Assembly: GCA_035762825.1 (NCBI GenBank) | Contig: DASUCI010000054.1 | Coordinates: forward strand, 1-54,654 | Reading direction: 5' to 3' | DNA from: Gaiellaceae bacterium | GTDB lineage: Bacteria; Actinomycetota; Thermoleophilia; Gaiellales; Gaiellaceae | Length of the DNA stretch: 54,654 bases | Part shown: one piece after another, positions 43,474 to 52,707 of the stretch | Position numbering within the stretch: position 1 is the stretch's first letter | Layout of the letters: every line of letters begins with the position of its first letter | Translations under genes and position numbers: made by a program | Notes under the pieces: model-generated | The model's input: only the letters and a program-made list of their open reading frames with translations | What the model was told of the DNA's origin: nothing | Databases searched by the model: none

Positions 43474-44292
43474 CTACCAGAGCTCGAGGCGGCCGTCCTT
43501 GAGGACGGCGGTGCCCTCTGGGTTGACCGACTCGAAACCGAATCCAGCGTCGACGTTCCAGACGCGCGTCGTGACGGTCTCGCCGGGGAAGAGCGGTGCG
43601 GAGAAGCGCACGGCGATGCGCTTCACCGCTCGCGGATTCGCGACGCCCGCCGCCCGGAGAACGGCCCTCCCCGCGAACGCCATGGTGCAAAGCCCGTGCA
43701 CGATCCGTCCGGGGAGCCCGACCCCGTGGGCGAACTCGTCGTCGAGGTGGATCGCGAAGTCGTCTCCCGAAGCCGCCGCGTAGCGGGCGGTCTGATCCTC
43801 CGCGACGAGGTACGTGATCTCGGCGACCGGGTCGCCGTCCGCCTCGAGTCGGTGGTCGGGCGCTCGCTCGCCGACTCCGTCGCCTGCCTGCACGCCGCGG
43901 AAGAACTCCGTCACGTACTGCTCGTTCACGAGCTCGCCGCTCTCATCCCGCGTCTCCGTCTTGATGACGAGCGACGTCCCGTTCGGGCGCGGGAGCAGGG
44001 CGACCGGTGTCGCACGCGATACGACCTGCATGCCGGCCTCGAGCGGCCGGTGGAGCAGCATGTCCTGCTCGTAGTGCACCACGAAGCGGCGAATATCGCC
44101 GGACGCGACCGCCTCGGACGCAGGCGCGATCGCGCTCCGTACCGGAACGATCGCGAAGACCGGCCCTCCGGCGACGTCGTCCGTCGCCTCCGCGTACGCT
44201 TGCATCGCCGCGTCGGTGACCTCGTACGGGTAGTCGTCCCCGGCGCCTCCGATCGCAGCCACGTCGAAGGTCAGGGCACTCGTCTCGGGCAC
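43474..44292 (-). CDS. double hot-dog MaoC-like (R)-specific enoyl-CoA hydratase
   Basis: 272 aa from GVG 44292 region start VPETSALTF (GTG 44292). There is an N-terminal hot-dog domain and a C-terminal MaoC motif (YAAASGDDFAIHLDDEFAHGVGLPGRIVHG). The upstream 88 aa of the ORF lie in low-GC intergenic DNA. Confidence 0.75.
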   Translation of the reverse strand: MPETSALTFDVAAIGGAGDDYPYEVTDAAMQAYAEATDDVAGGPVFAIVPVRSAIAPASEAVASGDIRRFVVHYEQDMLLHRPLEAGMQVVSRATPVALLPRPNGTSLVIKTETRDESGELVNEQYVTEFFRGVQAGDGVGERAPDHRLEADGDPVAEITYLVAEDQTARYAAASGDDFAIHLDDEFAHGVGLPGRIVHGLCTMAFAGRAVLRAAGVANPRAVKRIAVRFSAPLFPGETVTTRVWNVDAGFGFESVNPEGTAVLKDGRLELW

Positions 44293-44296
44293 GCGT

Positions 44297-44311
44297 TTCA
44301 GGCTACCTGAT
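44297..44311. promoter_or_regulatory. operator palindrome TTCAGG-N3-CCTGAT (site 1)
   Basis: TTCAGGCTACCTGAT lies 5 nt upstream of the MaoC-like GTG, in the divergent region shared with the SBP gene. Confidence 0.6.
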
Positions 44312-44345
44312 AACCGGCAAAAGGTTTCAGCCTCTGGACAGTAGT

Positions 44346-44360
44346 TACAGGTTCCCTTAA
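44346..44360. promoter_or_regulatory. degenerate second operator copy (site 1b)
   Basis: TACAGGTTCCCTTAA matches 10 of the 12 half-site positions, in the same intergenic region. Confidence 0.35.
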
Positions 44361-44412
44361 ACTCGACCTCGTTGAGGCGACGCTGTCTCATCGATACCGA
44401 AGGGAGCCCTTC

Positions 44413-45594
44413 ATGAGCAGGAGGCAGATCGGTGTCGTCGTGGCTGCCGGTGCCGCGGTTCTCGCCCTCGTTCTCGTACCGGCGTCCGCGACGAGCCCCT
44501 CGCAGGCAGGCGCCATCTACTTCGGCATGGACGCGCCGCTGACCGGGCCCACGCAACTCGTCGGCCAGAGCGACCGGCAGGCCGTCGAAGCAGTGGTCGC
44601 GTACTGGAACTCACGCGGCGGCATCAGAGGTAGGCGAGTCGTCGTGGACGTTCTCGACAACTCATCCAACCCGTCGCAGGCCGTACAGAACGTCCAGAAG
44701 TTCATCAGCGACGCCAAGTACGTCGGCATCTTCGGCTCGGGTAACGCGGCCGCGGCCGTGGCGACCGGGGCGATCGCGAGCCAGGCGAGGATCCCGTTCA
44801 TCGCACTCTCGCCGCCGACGACGCTCGTCGAGCCGCCGCAGCCGTACGCCTACATCCTCACGGCGACGGCCCGCCTCTACGCATACAGCGAGGCGGCGTA
44901 CCTGAAGAGCATCGGCGTCAGGCGTGTCTGGCTGATGGGTGACAACGGCGGCTACGGCCGCGACGGGCCGAACCAGGTCTCGAAGCTCGCCCGGAAGTAC
45001 AACCTCGAGATCGTCGACACGACGATCTTCTCGCCCGCGTCGACGGACTTCTCCGCCGAGCTGACGAGGATCAAGAACTCCAATGCGCAGGCGCTCTGGC
45101 TCTGGACCGCGACACCTGCGGGCCCGACGATCGTCAAGCAGTTCAAGCAGCTCCAGCTGTCGCAGAGGCTCGTGTTGACGGGCGCCAACGTCTCGCCGCA
45201 GTTCCTCCAGGGCACGTGCGGCGACGTGAACGGCGCGCTCGTAAACTCGTTCCTGGCGACCGCGTGGACGTTCCTCCCCAAGACGAATCCCGTGCGCAAG
45301 GAGGCCGCTCTGCTCCGAAGCATCCTCAAGCGGCCGGTCTCCAACTTCGACGGCGACGCTGCGGGCGCGCTCTGGGCGTACAAGGCGGCGATCGAGAGAG
45401 GCGGTGCGACGCGAGCGGGCATCAACGCCGCGCTGGAGACGAAGCTGCGCGGGCTCGTGACGCCCGCAGGGAAGATCTATCTCTCACGGACCAACCATCA
45501 GGGCCTTCAGCTGGACTCGATGTGGGTCGGGAGGATCCAGAACTGCCAGGTCAGGCCGCTCTTCGGCCCGGCCTTCGCGAAGAAGAAGAAGTAG
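44413..45594 (+). CDS. ABC transporter substrate-binding protein, LivK/Peripla_BP_6 type (second system)
   Basis: 393 aa with a signal peptide (VVVAAGAAVLALVLVPASA), then YFGMDAPLTGP...GGIRG. Confidence 0.8.
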   Translation: MSRRQIGVVVAAGAAVLALVLVPASATSPSQAGAIYFGMDAPLTGPTQLVGQSDRQAVEAVVAYWNSRGGIRGRRVVVDVLDNSSNPSQAVQNVQKFISDAKYVGIFGSGNAAAAVATGAIASQARIPFIALSPPTTLVEPPQPYAYILTATARLYAYSEAAYLKSIGVRRVWLMGDNGGYGRDGPNQVSKLARKYNLEIVDTTIFSPASTDFSAELTRIKNSNAQALWLWTATPAGPTIVKQFKQLQLSQRLVLTGANVSPQFLQGTCGDVNGALVNSFLATAWTFLPKTNPVRKEAALLRSILKRPVSNFDGDAAGALWAYKAAIERGGATRAGINAALETKLRGLVTPAGKIYLSRTNHQGLQLDSMWVGRIQNCQVRPLFGPAFAKKKK

Positions 45595-45643
45595 CGATCA
45601 TGCGAGCGCCGCAGACGCTCGTCGTCCGGCGGCAGCGGCGCTC

Positions 45644-47059
45644 GTGAATCTCGCCCACGTCCTCGCGGACGGCGCCGACCGGCATCCCGAGCGGACGGCG
45701 TTGCTGTTCGAGGGCGAGCGGATCTCGTACCGCGAGCTCGACCGTCGGGCGGCCGTTGCGGCCACTGCGCTGCGGGCGCAGGGCGTCGACGCCGACGACC
45801 GCGTCGCGATCAAGCTGCCGAACACGCCCGACTACGTGGCCGCGTACTTCGGCGTTCTCCGCCTCGGAGCGATCGCGGTGCCACTCAACGTCCTTCTGGC
45901 ACAGCCCGAGATCGACGCGCGGCTCGAGGCGGCGACGCCGAGGACGTTCGTCGATCGTCCGCTCACGAGGGATGGCGAGCCGCGCGTCGAGATCGCCGTA
46001 CGGGACGAGGACGATCCGGCTGCGCTCCTCTTCACCTCCGGCACGACCGACCGGCCGAAGGGCGCGATCCTGACACATGCCGGAATCCGCGCGTCCGCGC
46101 GCTTCGGCGTGGAGGCCCTCGGCTTCACCGCCGACGACGTGCTGCTCGGCGTCGCACCCTTCCCGCATGTACTCGGTCAGCAGGTGTTCGTCTGCGCGTT
46201 TCTCGTCGGGGGAGCCGTATCCGTGATGCAGCGCTTCGAGCCCGAGGCCGCGCTCGAGACGATGGCGAGCACGCGGACGACGGTCATGTTCGGCGTACCG
46301 ACGATGTGCATCGCGCTCTGCGAGGCAGCGCCGAGCGCGGAGGCGCTGCCGCCGCTGCGGATCGCGCATATCGGCGGGTCCGCGGTCCCCGTCGACGTCG
46401 TGCGACGGTTCGAGGAGACGTTCGCGGCGGCGGTCCACGAGGGCTACGGTCTTACCGAGATGAGCGGCCTGGCGACGACCTTCGCGCTCGGGCGGCGCCG
46501 CAAATCGGGCTCGGTCGGACAGCCGTCGAGTGGCACGGAGGTTCGGATCGCGAGCACGGACGAGCGGGGGGCCGGTGAGGTCCAGTTCCGCGGCCCCTCG
46601 GTCATCCGCGGCTACTGGAACGACCCGGAGGCCACGGCCGCGAGGCTCGACAGCGACGGCTGGCTCTCGACCGGCGACCTCGGCTACCTCGACGAGGACG
46701 GCGACCTCTTCCTCGTCGACCGCAAGAAGGAGCTGATCATCCGAGGCGGCTACAACGTCTATCCGCGCGAGGTCGAGGAGGTGCTGTACCAGCATCCCGC
46801 CGTCCTCGAGGTCGCGGTCGTGGGAGTGCCCCACGAGTCGCTCGGTGAAGAGGTTGCCGCGATCGTCGTCCCGCGGCCCGGTGCCAAGGTCGATCCTGAA
46901 GAGCTGACGGCGTGGGCGAAGGAACGCGTGGCGGCCTACAAGTACCCTCGGCATGTCGTACTCGTCGCGGAGCTCCCGAAGAGCCCGACGGGGAAGATCC
47001 TCAAGCGGAGCATCGATCTCGGCCCACTCCGGGAGGGACTGACCCGCGCCGCACCGTGA
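45644..47059 (+). CDS. AMP-dependent acyl-CoA ligase (candidate hydroxycinnamate:CoA ligase)
   Basis: 471 aa with the adenylate-forming motifs LLFTSGTTDRPKGA, GYGLTE, TGDLGYLDEDG and RKKELIIRGGYNVYP. GTG start. Confidence 0.8.
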   Translation: MNLAHVLADGADRHPERTALLFEGERISYRELDRRAAVAATALRAQGVDADDRVAIKLPNTPDYVAAYFGVLRLGAIAVPLNVLLAQPEIDARLEAATPRTFVDRPLTRDGEPRVEIAVRDEDDPAALLFTSGTTDRPKGAILTHAGIRASARFGVEALGFTADDVLLGVAPFPHVLGQQVFVCAFLVGGAVSVMQRFEPEAALETMASTRTTVMFGVPTMCIALCEAAPSAEALPPLRIAHIGGSAVPVDVVRRFEETFAAAVHEGYGLTEMSGLATTFALGRRRKSGSVGQPSSGTEVRIASTDERGAGEVQFRGPSVIRGYWNDPEATAARLDSDGWLSTGDLGYLDEDGDLFLVDRKKELIIRGGYNVYPREVEEVLYQHPAVLEVAVVGVPHESLGEEVAAIVVPRPGAKVDPEELTAWAKERVAAYKYPRHVVLVAELPKSPTGKILKRSIDLGPLREGLTRAAP

Positions 47060-47084
47060 GCTTCGCGCGTGAATCTCAGGGTGA

Positions 47085-47113
47085 TTGACAGGTAGCCTGA
47101 AATCTTCGATACT
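47085..47113 (+). promoter_or_regulatory. promoter with embedded operator (site 2)
   Basis: TTGACA (47085..47090), a 17-nt spacer, then GATACT (47108..47113). The spacer carries GACAGGTAGCCTGAA (47087..47101), the reverse complement of TTCAGGCTACCTGTC. Confidence 0.55.
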
Positions 47114-47178
47114 CCCTCGGTCATCTGCCGGCGCGGGCAGAGCGGCCGAAATGCCGGCACGAGCAGGGGAGGTCGATC

Positions 47179-48573
47179 GTGAACCGTCTCCGCATCTGGC
47201 TTCGGAGCACGCTCCTCGTCGTTGCTCTCGTCGTGACGCTCGTCGCGGGCACGGGCTCGTCGGCGTCGGCAGCGAGCACCCACTTCACGGGGACGCTCCC
47301 GAACGGAGCCGCGTGGGTCGCGGACGTGCCGTCGAGCTGGAACGGCGTTCTCGTTCTCTACAGCCATGGCTTCGGGCCGCTGCTGGCGGCGAACGCGCCG
47401 AATGCGGCGACGCGCGACGCACTGCTCGCGCGCGGCTACGCGCTTGCCGGCTCGTCGTACGACCCCGCCGGCTCGTGGTGGGCGCTGAACACCGCCGTCA
47501 GCGACCAGTTCGCCACGATCGGCGCGGTGACGGCGGCAGGCCTCCCGCGCGCGCCCGAGCGCGTCCTCGCGTTCGGCACCTCGATGGGCGGCCTCGTGAG
47601 CGCGCTCGAAGCGGAGCAGGGAGCCGGAGTCATCGACGGTGCGCTCTCGACGTGCGGCCTCGTCGCCGGCGCGATCCATCTCAACAACTACCAGCTCGAC
47701 GCCGAGTACGCGATCGCGAGGCTCCTGATGCCTCCTCCTGGGGCCAAGCTCCTCGATTTCGCGAACCCGGGCGAGGGCGCCGCGTCGGGAGCCGCGCTGA
47801 CCGCAGCGGTGCAGACCGCGCAGACGACCCCGGAAGGCCGTGCACGCCTCTCACTGGTCTTCGCGCTCCTCAACGTCGTACCCGTCGCGCCCGGCGTTCC
47901 CGAGCCGGCGCCGAACGACGCCGCGGAGATCGAGGCGGCGCAATACGCGAGCGCGGTGCAGTCGTTCCCGCTGCTGAACTTCATCCAGTTCGGCCGCTAC
48001 TGGATCGAGCTCGCGGCCGGCGGCAACGGATCGTGGACGCGCGGCGAGGACTTCGCCGAGCTGCTGAGCCACTCGCCATACCACGACGTCGTCCGGAAGC
48101 TGTATCGCGCTGCCGGCCTCGACCTGAAGGCGGATCTGGGGACGCTCGACGCGGGCGCCTCGATCGGAGCCGATGCGGATGCCATCGCCTCGCTCGAGGA
48201 GACGTCGGTGCCGACCGGAGAGCTCGAGGTCCCGCAGCTCACGCTGCACACGACGGCAGATCCTCTCGTTCCCGTCCAGCACGAGAGCGTCTATGCGGAC
48301 GTCGTGCGGCGCGCCGGGAGCACCAGTCTCCTGCGGCAGGCATACGTCGACCGCTGGGGCCACTGCAGCTTCACGCCGGCCGAATTGGTGGCGGGCGTCG
48401 AGGCGCTCAGGCATCGGGTCGAGACCGGCCGCTGGGGCTCCGTCGCGCAGCCGGAGGCGCTCCAGGCGTCGGCGAACGCGCTCGGGCTCGGAGACGCGGC
48501 GTTCGTGCACTACACGCCACCGGCGCTGTCCGGCGACAACGGCTCGTTCGACCCGGCGAGCAACGGACGCTGA
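47179..48573 (+). CDS. secreted alpha/beta-hydrolase (candidate esterase)
   Basis: 464 aa with a signal peptide (LLVVALVVTLVAGTGSSASA), nucleophile elbow GTSMGG, and later TTADPLV and WGHCSF as candidate Asp/His positions. Confidence 0.6.
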   Translation: MNRLRIWLRSTLLVVALVVTLVAGTGSSASAASTHFTGTLPNGAAWVADVPSSWNGVLVLYSHGFGPLLAANAPNAATRDALLARGYALAGSSYDPAGSWWALNTAVSDQFATIGAVTAAGLPRAPERVLAFGTSMGGLVSALEAEQGAGVIDGALSTCGLVAGAIHLNNYQLDAEYAIARLLMPPPGAKLLDFANPGEGAASGAALTAAVQTAQTTPEGRARLSLVFALLNVVPVAPGVPEPAPNDAAEIEAAQYASAVQSFPLLNFIQFGRYWIELAAGGNGSWTRGEDFAELLSHSPYHDVVRKLYRAAGLDLKADLGTLDAGASIGADADAIASLEETSVPTGELEVPQLTLHTTADPLVPVQHESVYADVVRRAGSTSLLRQAYVDRWGHCSFTPAELVAGVEALRHRVETGRWGSVAQPEALQASANALGLGDAAFVHYTPPALSGDNGSFDPASNGR

Positions 48574-48669
48574 CGTGGAGCTGACGGCAGCAACGACCCA
48601 CCTGGCCGCGGGCGGCCGGCCGACCGGCTGCCCGCGTGAGCCTTCCGCGCGTTGTGCCACGATGCGCCG

Positions 48670-49137
48670 ATGAGCGAGGCCGTCCAGGTCGAGGAGGCGA
48701 CTCGCGCGGAGCCCGGCGTCTCGTACGCGGTCGCCCGCCTCCATCAGCGACTGTTCGCGGGCATCACCGAGCGCGTCGCCTCGTACGGACTCACGACACT
48801 GCAGTTCACGACGCTCAGCGTGCTCAGCCGGCACGGTGCCCCGCTGTCCACCTCGCAGCTCGCGCGGCGCGCGTTCATGACCCCGCAGTCGATGAGCGAG
48901 GTCATCCACGCGCTCGAGCGCAAGGGGCTGATCAAGCGCAACCCGCATCCGAATCACCGCAGGACGCTGCCCGCGACGCTCACGGCCAAGGGCCGTCGCG
49001 TGCTCGCCGAGTGTGAGGCGGCGGTCACGGAGTTCGAGGACTCCATGCTCGCCGGCTTCTCGGAGAAGGACCGCGCCACGTTCCTCGACATGGTCAAGGC
49101 GGCGGTTCGCAACCTCGGCGGCGGCTTTCCGGACTAG
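48670..49137 (+). CDS. MarR family transcriptional regulator
   Basis: wHTH (LTTLQFTTLSVLSRHGAPLSTSQLARRAFMTPQSMSEVIHALERKGLIKRNPHPNHRRT). ATG 48670, alternative TTG 48652. Confidence 0.85.
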   Translation: MSEAVQVEEATRAEPGVSYAVARLHQRLFAGITERVASYGLTTLQFTTLSVLSRHGAPLSTSQLARRAFMTPQSMSEVIHALERKGLIKRNPHPNHRRTLPATLTAKGRRVLAECEAAVTEFEDSMLAGFSEKDRATFLDMVKAAVRNLGGGFPD

Positions 49138-49151
49138 AAGCTGCCACGTGT

Positions 49152-49166
49152 TTCAGGTAACCTGAA
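49152..49166. promoter_or_regulatory. operator palindrome TTCAGG-N3-CCTGAA (site 3, best palindrome)
   Basis: TTCAGGTAACCTGAA lies in the 32-nt gap between the MarR stop and the ATPase GTG (49170). Confidence 0.6.
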
Positions 49167-49169
49167 TCC

Positions 49170-49973
49170 GTGGCGGCGGCTCTCCCGCTCGCACCCGAGA
49201 CGGAGCCGCAGCTCGCCTGCGAGCTCTCAGGCGTCACGAAGGCGTTCGGCGCGGTCAGGGCGGTCGACGACGTCTCGCTGGACGTCGCCGCCGGGTCGCT
49301 GACCTGCCTCATCGGTCCGAACGGCGCGGGAAAGTCGACCCTGCTCGGCTGCATCTCGGGATTCCACCTCGTCGACACCGGCGTCGTTCGGATCGAGCGG
49401 CAGGACGTCACGCGCTGGCCTCCGCATCGCCGCGCCCGGCACGGCCTGGCGACGGTGTTCCAGACGACGCGCCCGCTTGCCGAGCTCGACGTCCTCGACA
49501 ACGCTGCGGTCGGAGCCCATGTCCGCTCGCGCACCGGCTTTTTCGAGAGCATGCTGCGGCCCCCGTGGCAGTGGCGCGAGCAGCAGCGGGTGCGGGAGGA
49601 GGCTCACGAGGCTCTCGCGATCGTCGGGTTGGACGGGCGTGCGGCGCACCCGGCCGCCGTGCTTCCGCTGGGACAGCTCCGGCTCCTCGCGCTTGCACGG
49701 GCGCTCGCGCAGCGTCCATCCGTGCTGCTGCTCGACGAGCCGGCCGCAGGGTTGCGCGCCGGCGAGAAGGCGCACCTCATCGACGCCCTGCGGACGCTCT
49801 CGGGGCGTGGGCTCACGATGGTGCTGGTCGAGCACGACATGCAGTTCGTGGGCGCGCTCGCAGAACGCGTCGTCGTGCTGGACCGGGGGCGCGTGATCGC
49901 AGACGGAACGGCGACCGAGGTGCGCAATGACCCGCAGGTCATCGCGGCGTACCTCGGCTCGACGACGCTATGA
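49170..49973 (+). CDS. ABC transporter ATP-binding protein (LivG-like)
   Basis: GPNGAGKST and LLLDEPAAGL, with the LivG-specific insertion. Confidence 0.85.
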   Translation: MAAALPLAPETEPQLACELSGVTKAFGAVRAVDDVSLDVAAGSLTCLIGPNGAGKSTLLGCISGFHLVDTGVVRIERQDVTRWPPHRRARHGLATVFQTTRPLAELDVLDNAAVGAHVRSRTGFFESMLRPPWQWREQQRVREEAHEALAIVGLDGRAAHPAAVLPLGQLRLLALARALAQRPSVLLLDEPAAGLRAGEKAHLIDALRTLSGRGLTMVLVEHDMQFVGALAERVVVLDRGRVIADGTATEVRNDPQVIAAYLGSTTL

Positions 49974-50737
49974 CCGCGCTCGTCGAGGTGGACGACCTCG
50001 TCGTCCGCTACGGGCCGGCGGTGGCGCTCCACGGCGTCTCGCTGACGCTCGGAGCGGGTGAGCGCGTCGCCCTCATCGGCGCCAACGGCGCGGGCAAGTC
50101 CTCGCTCTTGAACGCGGTCTGCGGCGTGGTGCGGCCGGCGGGAGGAAGGGTGCGGGTCGCGGGTGACGACGTCACCGGAAAGACGCCGAACCACGTGGTA
50201 CGCCGTGGCCTGACGCAGGTCCCGGAGGGCCGGCAGGTGTTCCCCAGCCTTCCGGTCGAGGCAAATCTCCTTCTCGGCGCGTTCGGCCGCTCCTTCCGGA
50301 CGGAGATCGTGACCTCGACTCTCCGCTACCTCCGCCGCCGTGCGGAGGCGCGCGAGCGTCTCGAGCGCGTCTACACCCTGCTGCCGAAGCTGCACGAGCT
50401 GCGCCAACGGCCTGCCGGACGAACCTCGGGCGGCGAGCAGCAGATGGTCGCGATTGGTCGCGCACTGATGGCCGAGCCGCGGGCGCTCGCGATCGACGAG
50501 CTCTCGCTCGGACTCGGGCCGATGGTCGTGGAGCAGCTCGTCGAATTCCTGCACCGGCTCAACGACGAGGAGCACGTCGCGATCCTCCTCGTCGAGCAGA
50601 ACGCGCTGCTCGCTTTCGACTTCTGCGAGCGCGCCTACGTCCTGGAGACCGGTCGGGTCGCGCTCGAGGGAGAGAGCAGTCAGATTCGTGAGCGCCCGGA
50701 GGTGCACAGCGCGTACCTCGGAGGTGGCCCCGGATGA
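49970..50737 (+). CDS. ABC transporter ATP-binding protein (LivF-like)
   Basis: GANGAGKSS, TSGGEQQMV, LAIDELS. The start overlaps the upstream stop. Confidence 0.85.
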   Translation: MTALVEVDDLVVRYGPAVALHGVSLTLGAGERVALIGANGAGKSSLLNAVCGVVRPAGGRVRVAGDDVTGKTPNHVVRRGLTQVPEGRQVFPSLPVEANLLLGAFGRSFRTEIVTSTLRYLRRRAEARERLERVYTLLPKLHELRQRPAGRTSGGEQQMVAIGRALMAEPRALAIDELSLGLGPMVVEQLVEFLHRLNDEEHVAILLVEQNALLAFDFCERAYVLETGRVALEGESSQIRERPEVHSAYLGGGPG

Positions 50738-52707
50738 CCGAGTTCCTGCAGCTTGTCGTCGTCGGGCTCTCGACCGGGTCGGCGTTCGCGCTCGTCGGCA
50801 TGAGCCTCGTGCTCGTCTATCGGACGACGGGGATCGTGAACTTCGCGCAAGGCGTCTTCGCGGTGATCGGCGGACTGTTCACGTTCCAGCTCTCCGACGA
50901 CATGCCGCTCGCGCTCGCGACGCTCGTGTCCGTCCTGCTCGCCGCGTTCCTCGCCTCGCTTCTCGCCGTCGTCGCCGTCGGCTTCCGCGGGCGGACGACC
51001 GGTCTCGCGAGCACGATCATCACGCTCGGCGCCGCCTTTCTGGCGCAGGCGCTGCTCCTGCTCAAGTTCGGGGACATCCCGCGCAGCTATCCCGGCATCT
51101 CCGACCGGGCGTGGAGCATCGGTGGCGTACTCGTCCAGCCGCAGTACGTGCTCATCGCAGGGGTCGCGCTCGCCTGCGCCGTCGCACTGACGCTCTTCCT
51201 CCGCTGGACCATCGTCGGACAGGCGCTCGTCGCGTGCGCGGACTCGCGCCGCGCCGCCGAGCTCGTCGGCCTCAACATCCGCTCGCTCGCTGTCGTCGCG
51301 TTTGCCGGTGCAGGCGCTCTCTGCGCGCTCGGCGGCGCGCTGCTCGCGCCGAGCAACCCGATGACGTACAGCTCGGACGTCGCGATCACGGTGAACGGCT
51401 TCGCCGCGGCCGTCTTCGGCGGCCTCGGCTCGATCCGCCTCGCGCTGCTCGGGGGCTACGCGCTCGGGATCCTCGAGCAGCTCGTCGTCGGCTACGTCGA
51501 CCCGCAGTACAGCCTGATCATCGCCCTGATCGTCATGCTCGTCCTCATCGGCTGGCGCTCGCGCGCGGAGATCGCGAGTGCGTCGCACGAGGCGCGGGCG
51601 GTCGTCCAGCGCGCACGCGTGCCGTGGCCGGCGCCGGTCCGGATCGGGCTGATCCTCGCCGGCGCCGTCTTCGCCTGTTGGCTTCCGTACCAGCTCTCGA
51701 CTTTCGACGTGGCGCTGTACGACCGCATGGGTCTGTATGCGCTCGTGACGATCGGCCTGACGCTCCTCATGGGGTATGCCGGGCAGATCTCGCTCGGGCA
51801 GGGGGCGTTCTTCCTCGTCGGCGCGTACACGTCGGCGATCCTCACCGTCGGCATCGACCCCGACACGCGCTTCGTCGATCCCGGTGCCGGCGTCTCGCCG
51901 GTGCTCGCCGTGCTCGCCGCGCCCGTGGTCGCGGCAGTGCTCGCGGCCGTGATCGGCGTCCCGCTTCTCCGCCTCCACGGCCATTACCTCGCGTTCGCGA
52001 CGCTCGCGCTCCACCTCATCGCGTTCTCGGTTCTCTCGGCCTGGGACCGGTTCACGGGCGGCCAGTACGGGATCTCGGTCACGAAGCCGCTCACAGTCTT
52101 CGGTCACGATCTTCGCGGGCCGCTGCATGCAGCAGTCGTCTGGGCCGTCGTTGCGGTCGCACTGCTCCTCGCGACCAACCTCGTCCACTCGCGGGTCGGG
52201 CGCGCGTTGCAGGCGATCGCCACGGACGAGCAGTCGGCCGCCGCGTCGGGCATCCCGGTCGCGAGCTACAAGCTCCGGCTGTTCGTCTTGGCGGCCGCTC
52301 TCGCCGGGCTCGGCGGAGGGCTGTTCACGTTCTCGTTCCTCATCGTCTCCCCCGAGGCGTTCCCCATCGTGCTGAGCATCGAGTTCGTCGTCATGGTCGC
52401 CGTCGGCGGACTGGGAAACATCTACGGCGCGGTCGCGGGGGCGGTCGCCATCCTCTACCTCGAGCAGAAGCTCCGCGACCTGGGAACGCGGCCGGACCTG
52501 TTCGGCTGGGACTTGCCCGACGCGGCTCCGACCGTATTCTCGTTCGGCGTCTTCGGGCTGATCCTGATGGCGATCATGCTCTTCTTCCCGCGCGGGCTGC
52601 TTCCGGCGCTCGGCGACGTGACCGCGCGCCTCTGGGAGAAGGTCCGCAGTGCCCGGCGTCCGGGCGCTACTCCGCCAGCCCCAGCAGCCGGGCAGCGTTC
52701 TGCTTGA
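50734..52707 (+). CDS. fused LivH-LivM type ABC permease
   Basis: 657 aa. The N-terminal ~290 aa are LivH-like (GIVNFAQG). The C-terminal ~340 aa are LivM-like (LLMGYAGQISLGQGAFFLVGAY). Confidence 0.8.
   Translation: MTEFLQLVVVGLSTGSAFALVGMSLVLVYRTTGIVNFAQGVFAVIGGLFTFQLSDDMPLALATLVSVLLAAFLASLLAVVAVGFRGRTTGLASTIITLGAAFLAQALLLLKFGDIPRSYPGISDRAWSIGGVLVQPQYVLIAGVALACAVALTLFLRWTIVGQALVACADSRRAAELVGLNIRSLAVVAFAGAGALCALGGALLAPSNPMTYSSDVAITVNGFAAAVFGGLGSIRLALLGGYALGILEQLVVGYVDPQYSLIIALIVMLVLIGWRSRAEIASASHEARAVVQRARVPWPAPVRIGLILAGAVFACWLPYQLSTFDVALYDRMGLYALVTIGLTLLMGYAGQISLGQGAFFLVGAYTSAILTVGIDPDTRFVDPGAGVSPVLAVLAAPVVAAVLAAVIGVPLLRLHGHYLAFATLALHLIAFSVLSAWDRFTGGQYGISVTKPLTVFGHDLRGPLHAAVVWAVVAVALLLATNLVHSRVGRALQAIATDEQSAAASGIPVASYKLRLFVLAAALAGLGGGLFTFSFLIVSPEAFPIVLSIEFVVMVAVGGLGNIYGAVAGAVAILYLEQKLRDLGTRPDLFGWDLPDAAPTVFSFGVFGLILMAIMLFFPRGLLPALGDVTARLWEKVRSARRPGATPPAPAAGQRSA

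Noticed and set aside
41996-44310. 564-aa minus-strand and 478-aa plus-strand ORFs overlapping ligM-like-2 and the MaoC-like gene.
   Set aside because: Both are shadow ORFs in alternative or antisense frames of motif-bearing genes.
45551-48957. Large alternative ORFs (467 aa minus, 499 aa plus, 368 aa minus) over the CoA ligase and secreted hydrolase genes.
   Set aside because: They have Arg/Gly/Asp-rich shadow composition. The chosen frames carry the AMP-binding and GxSxG motifs.
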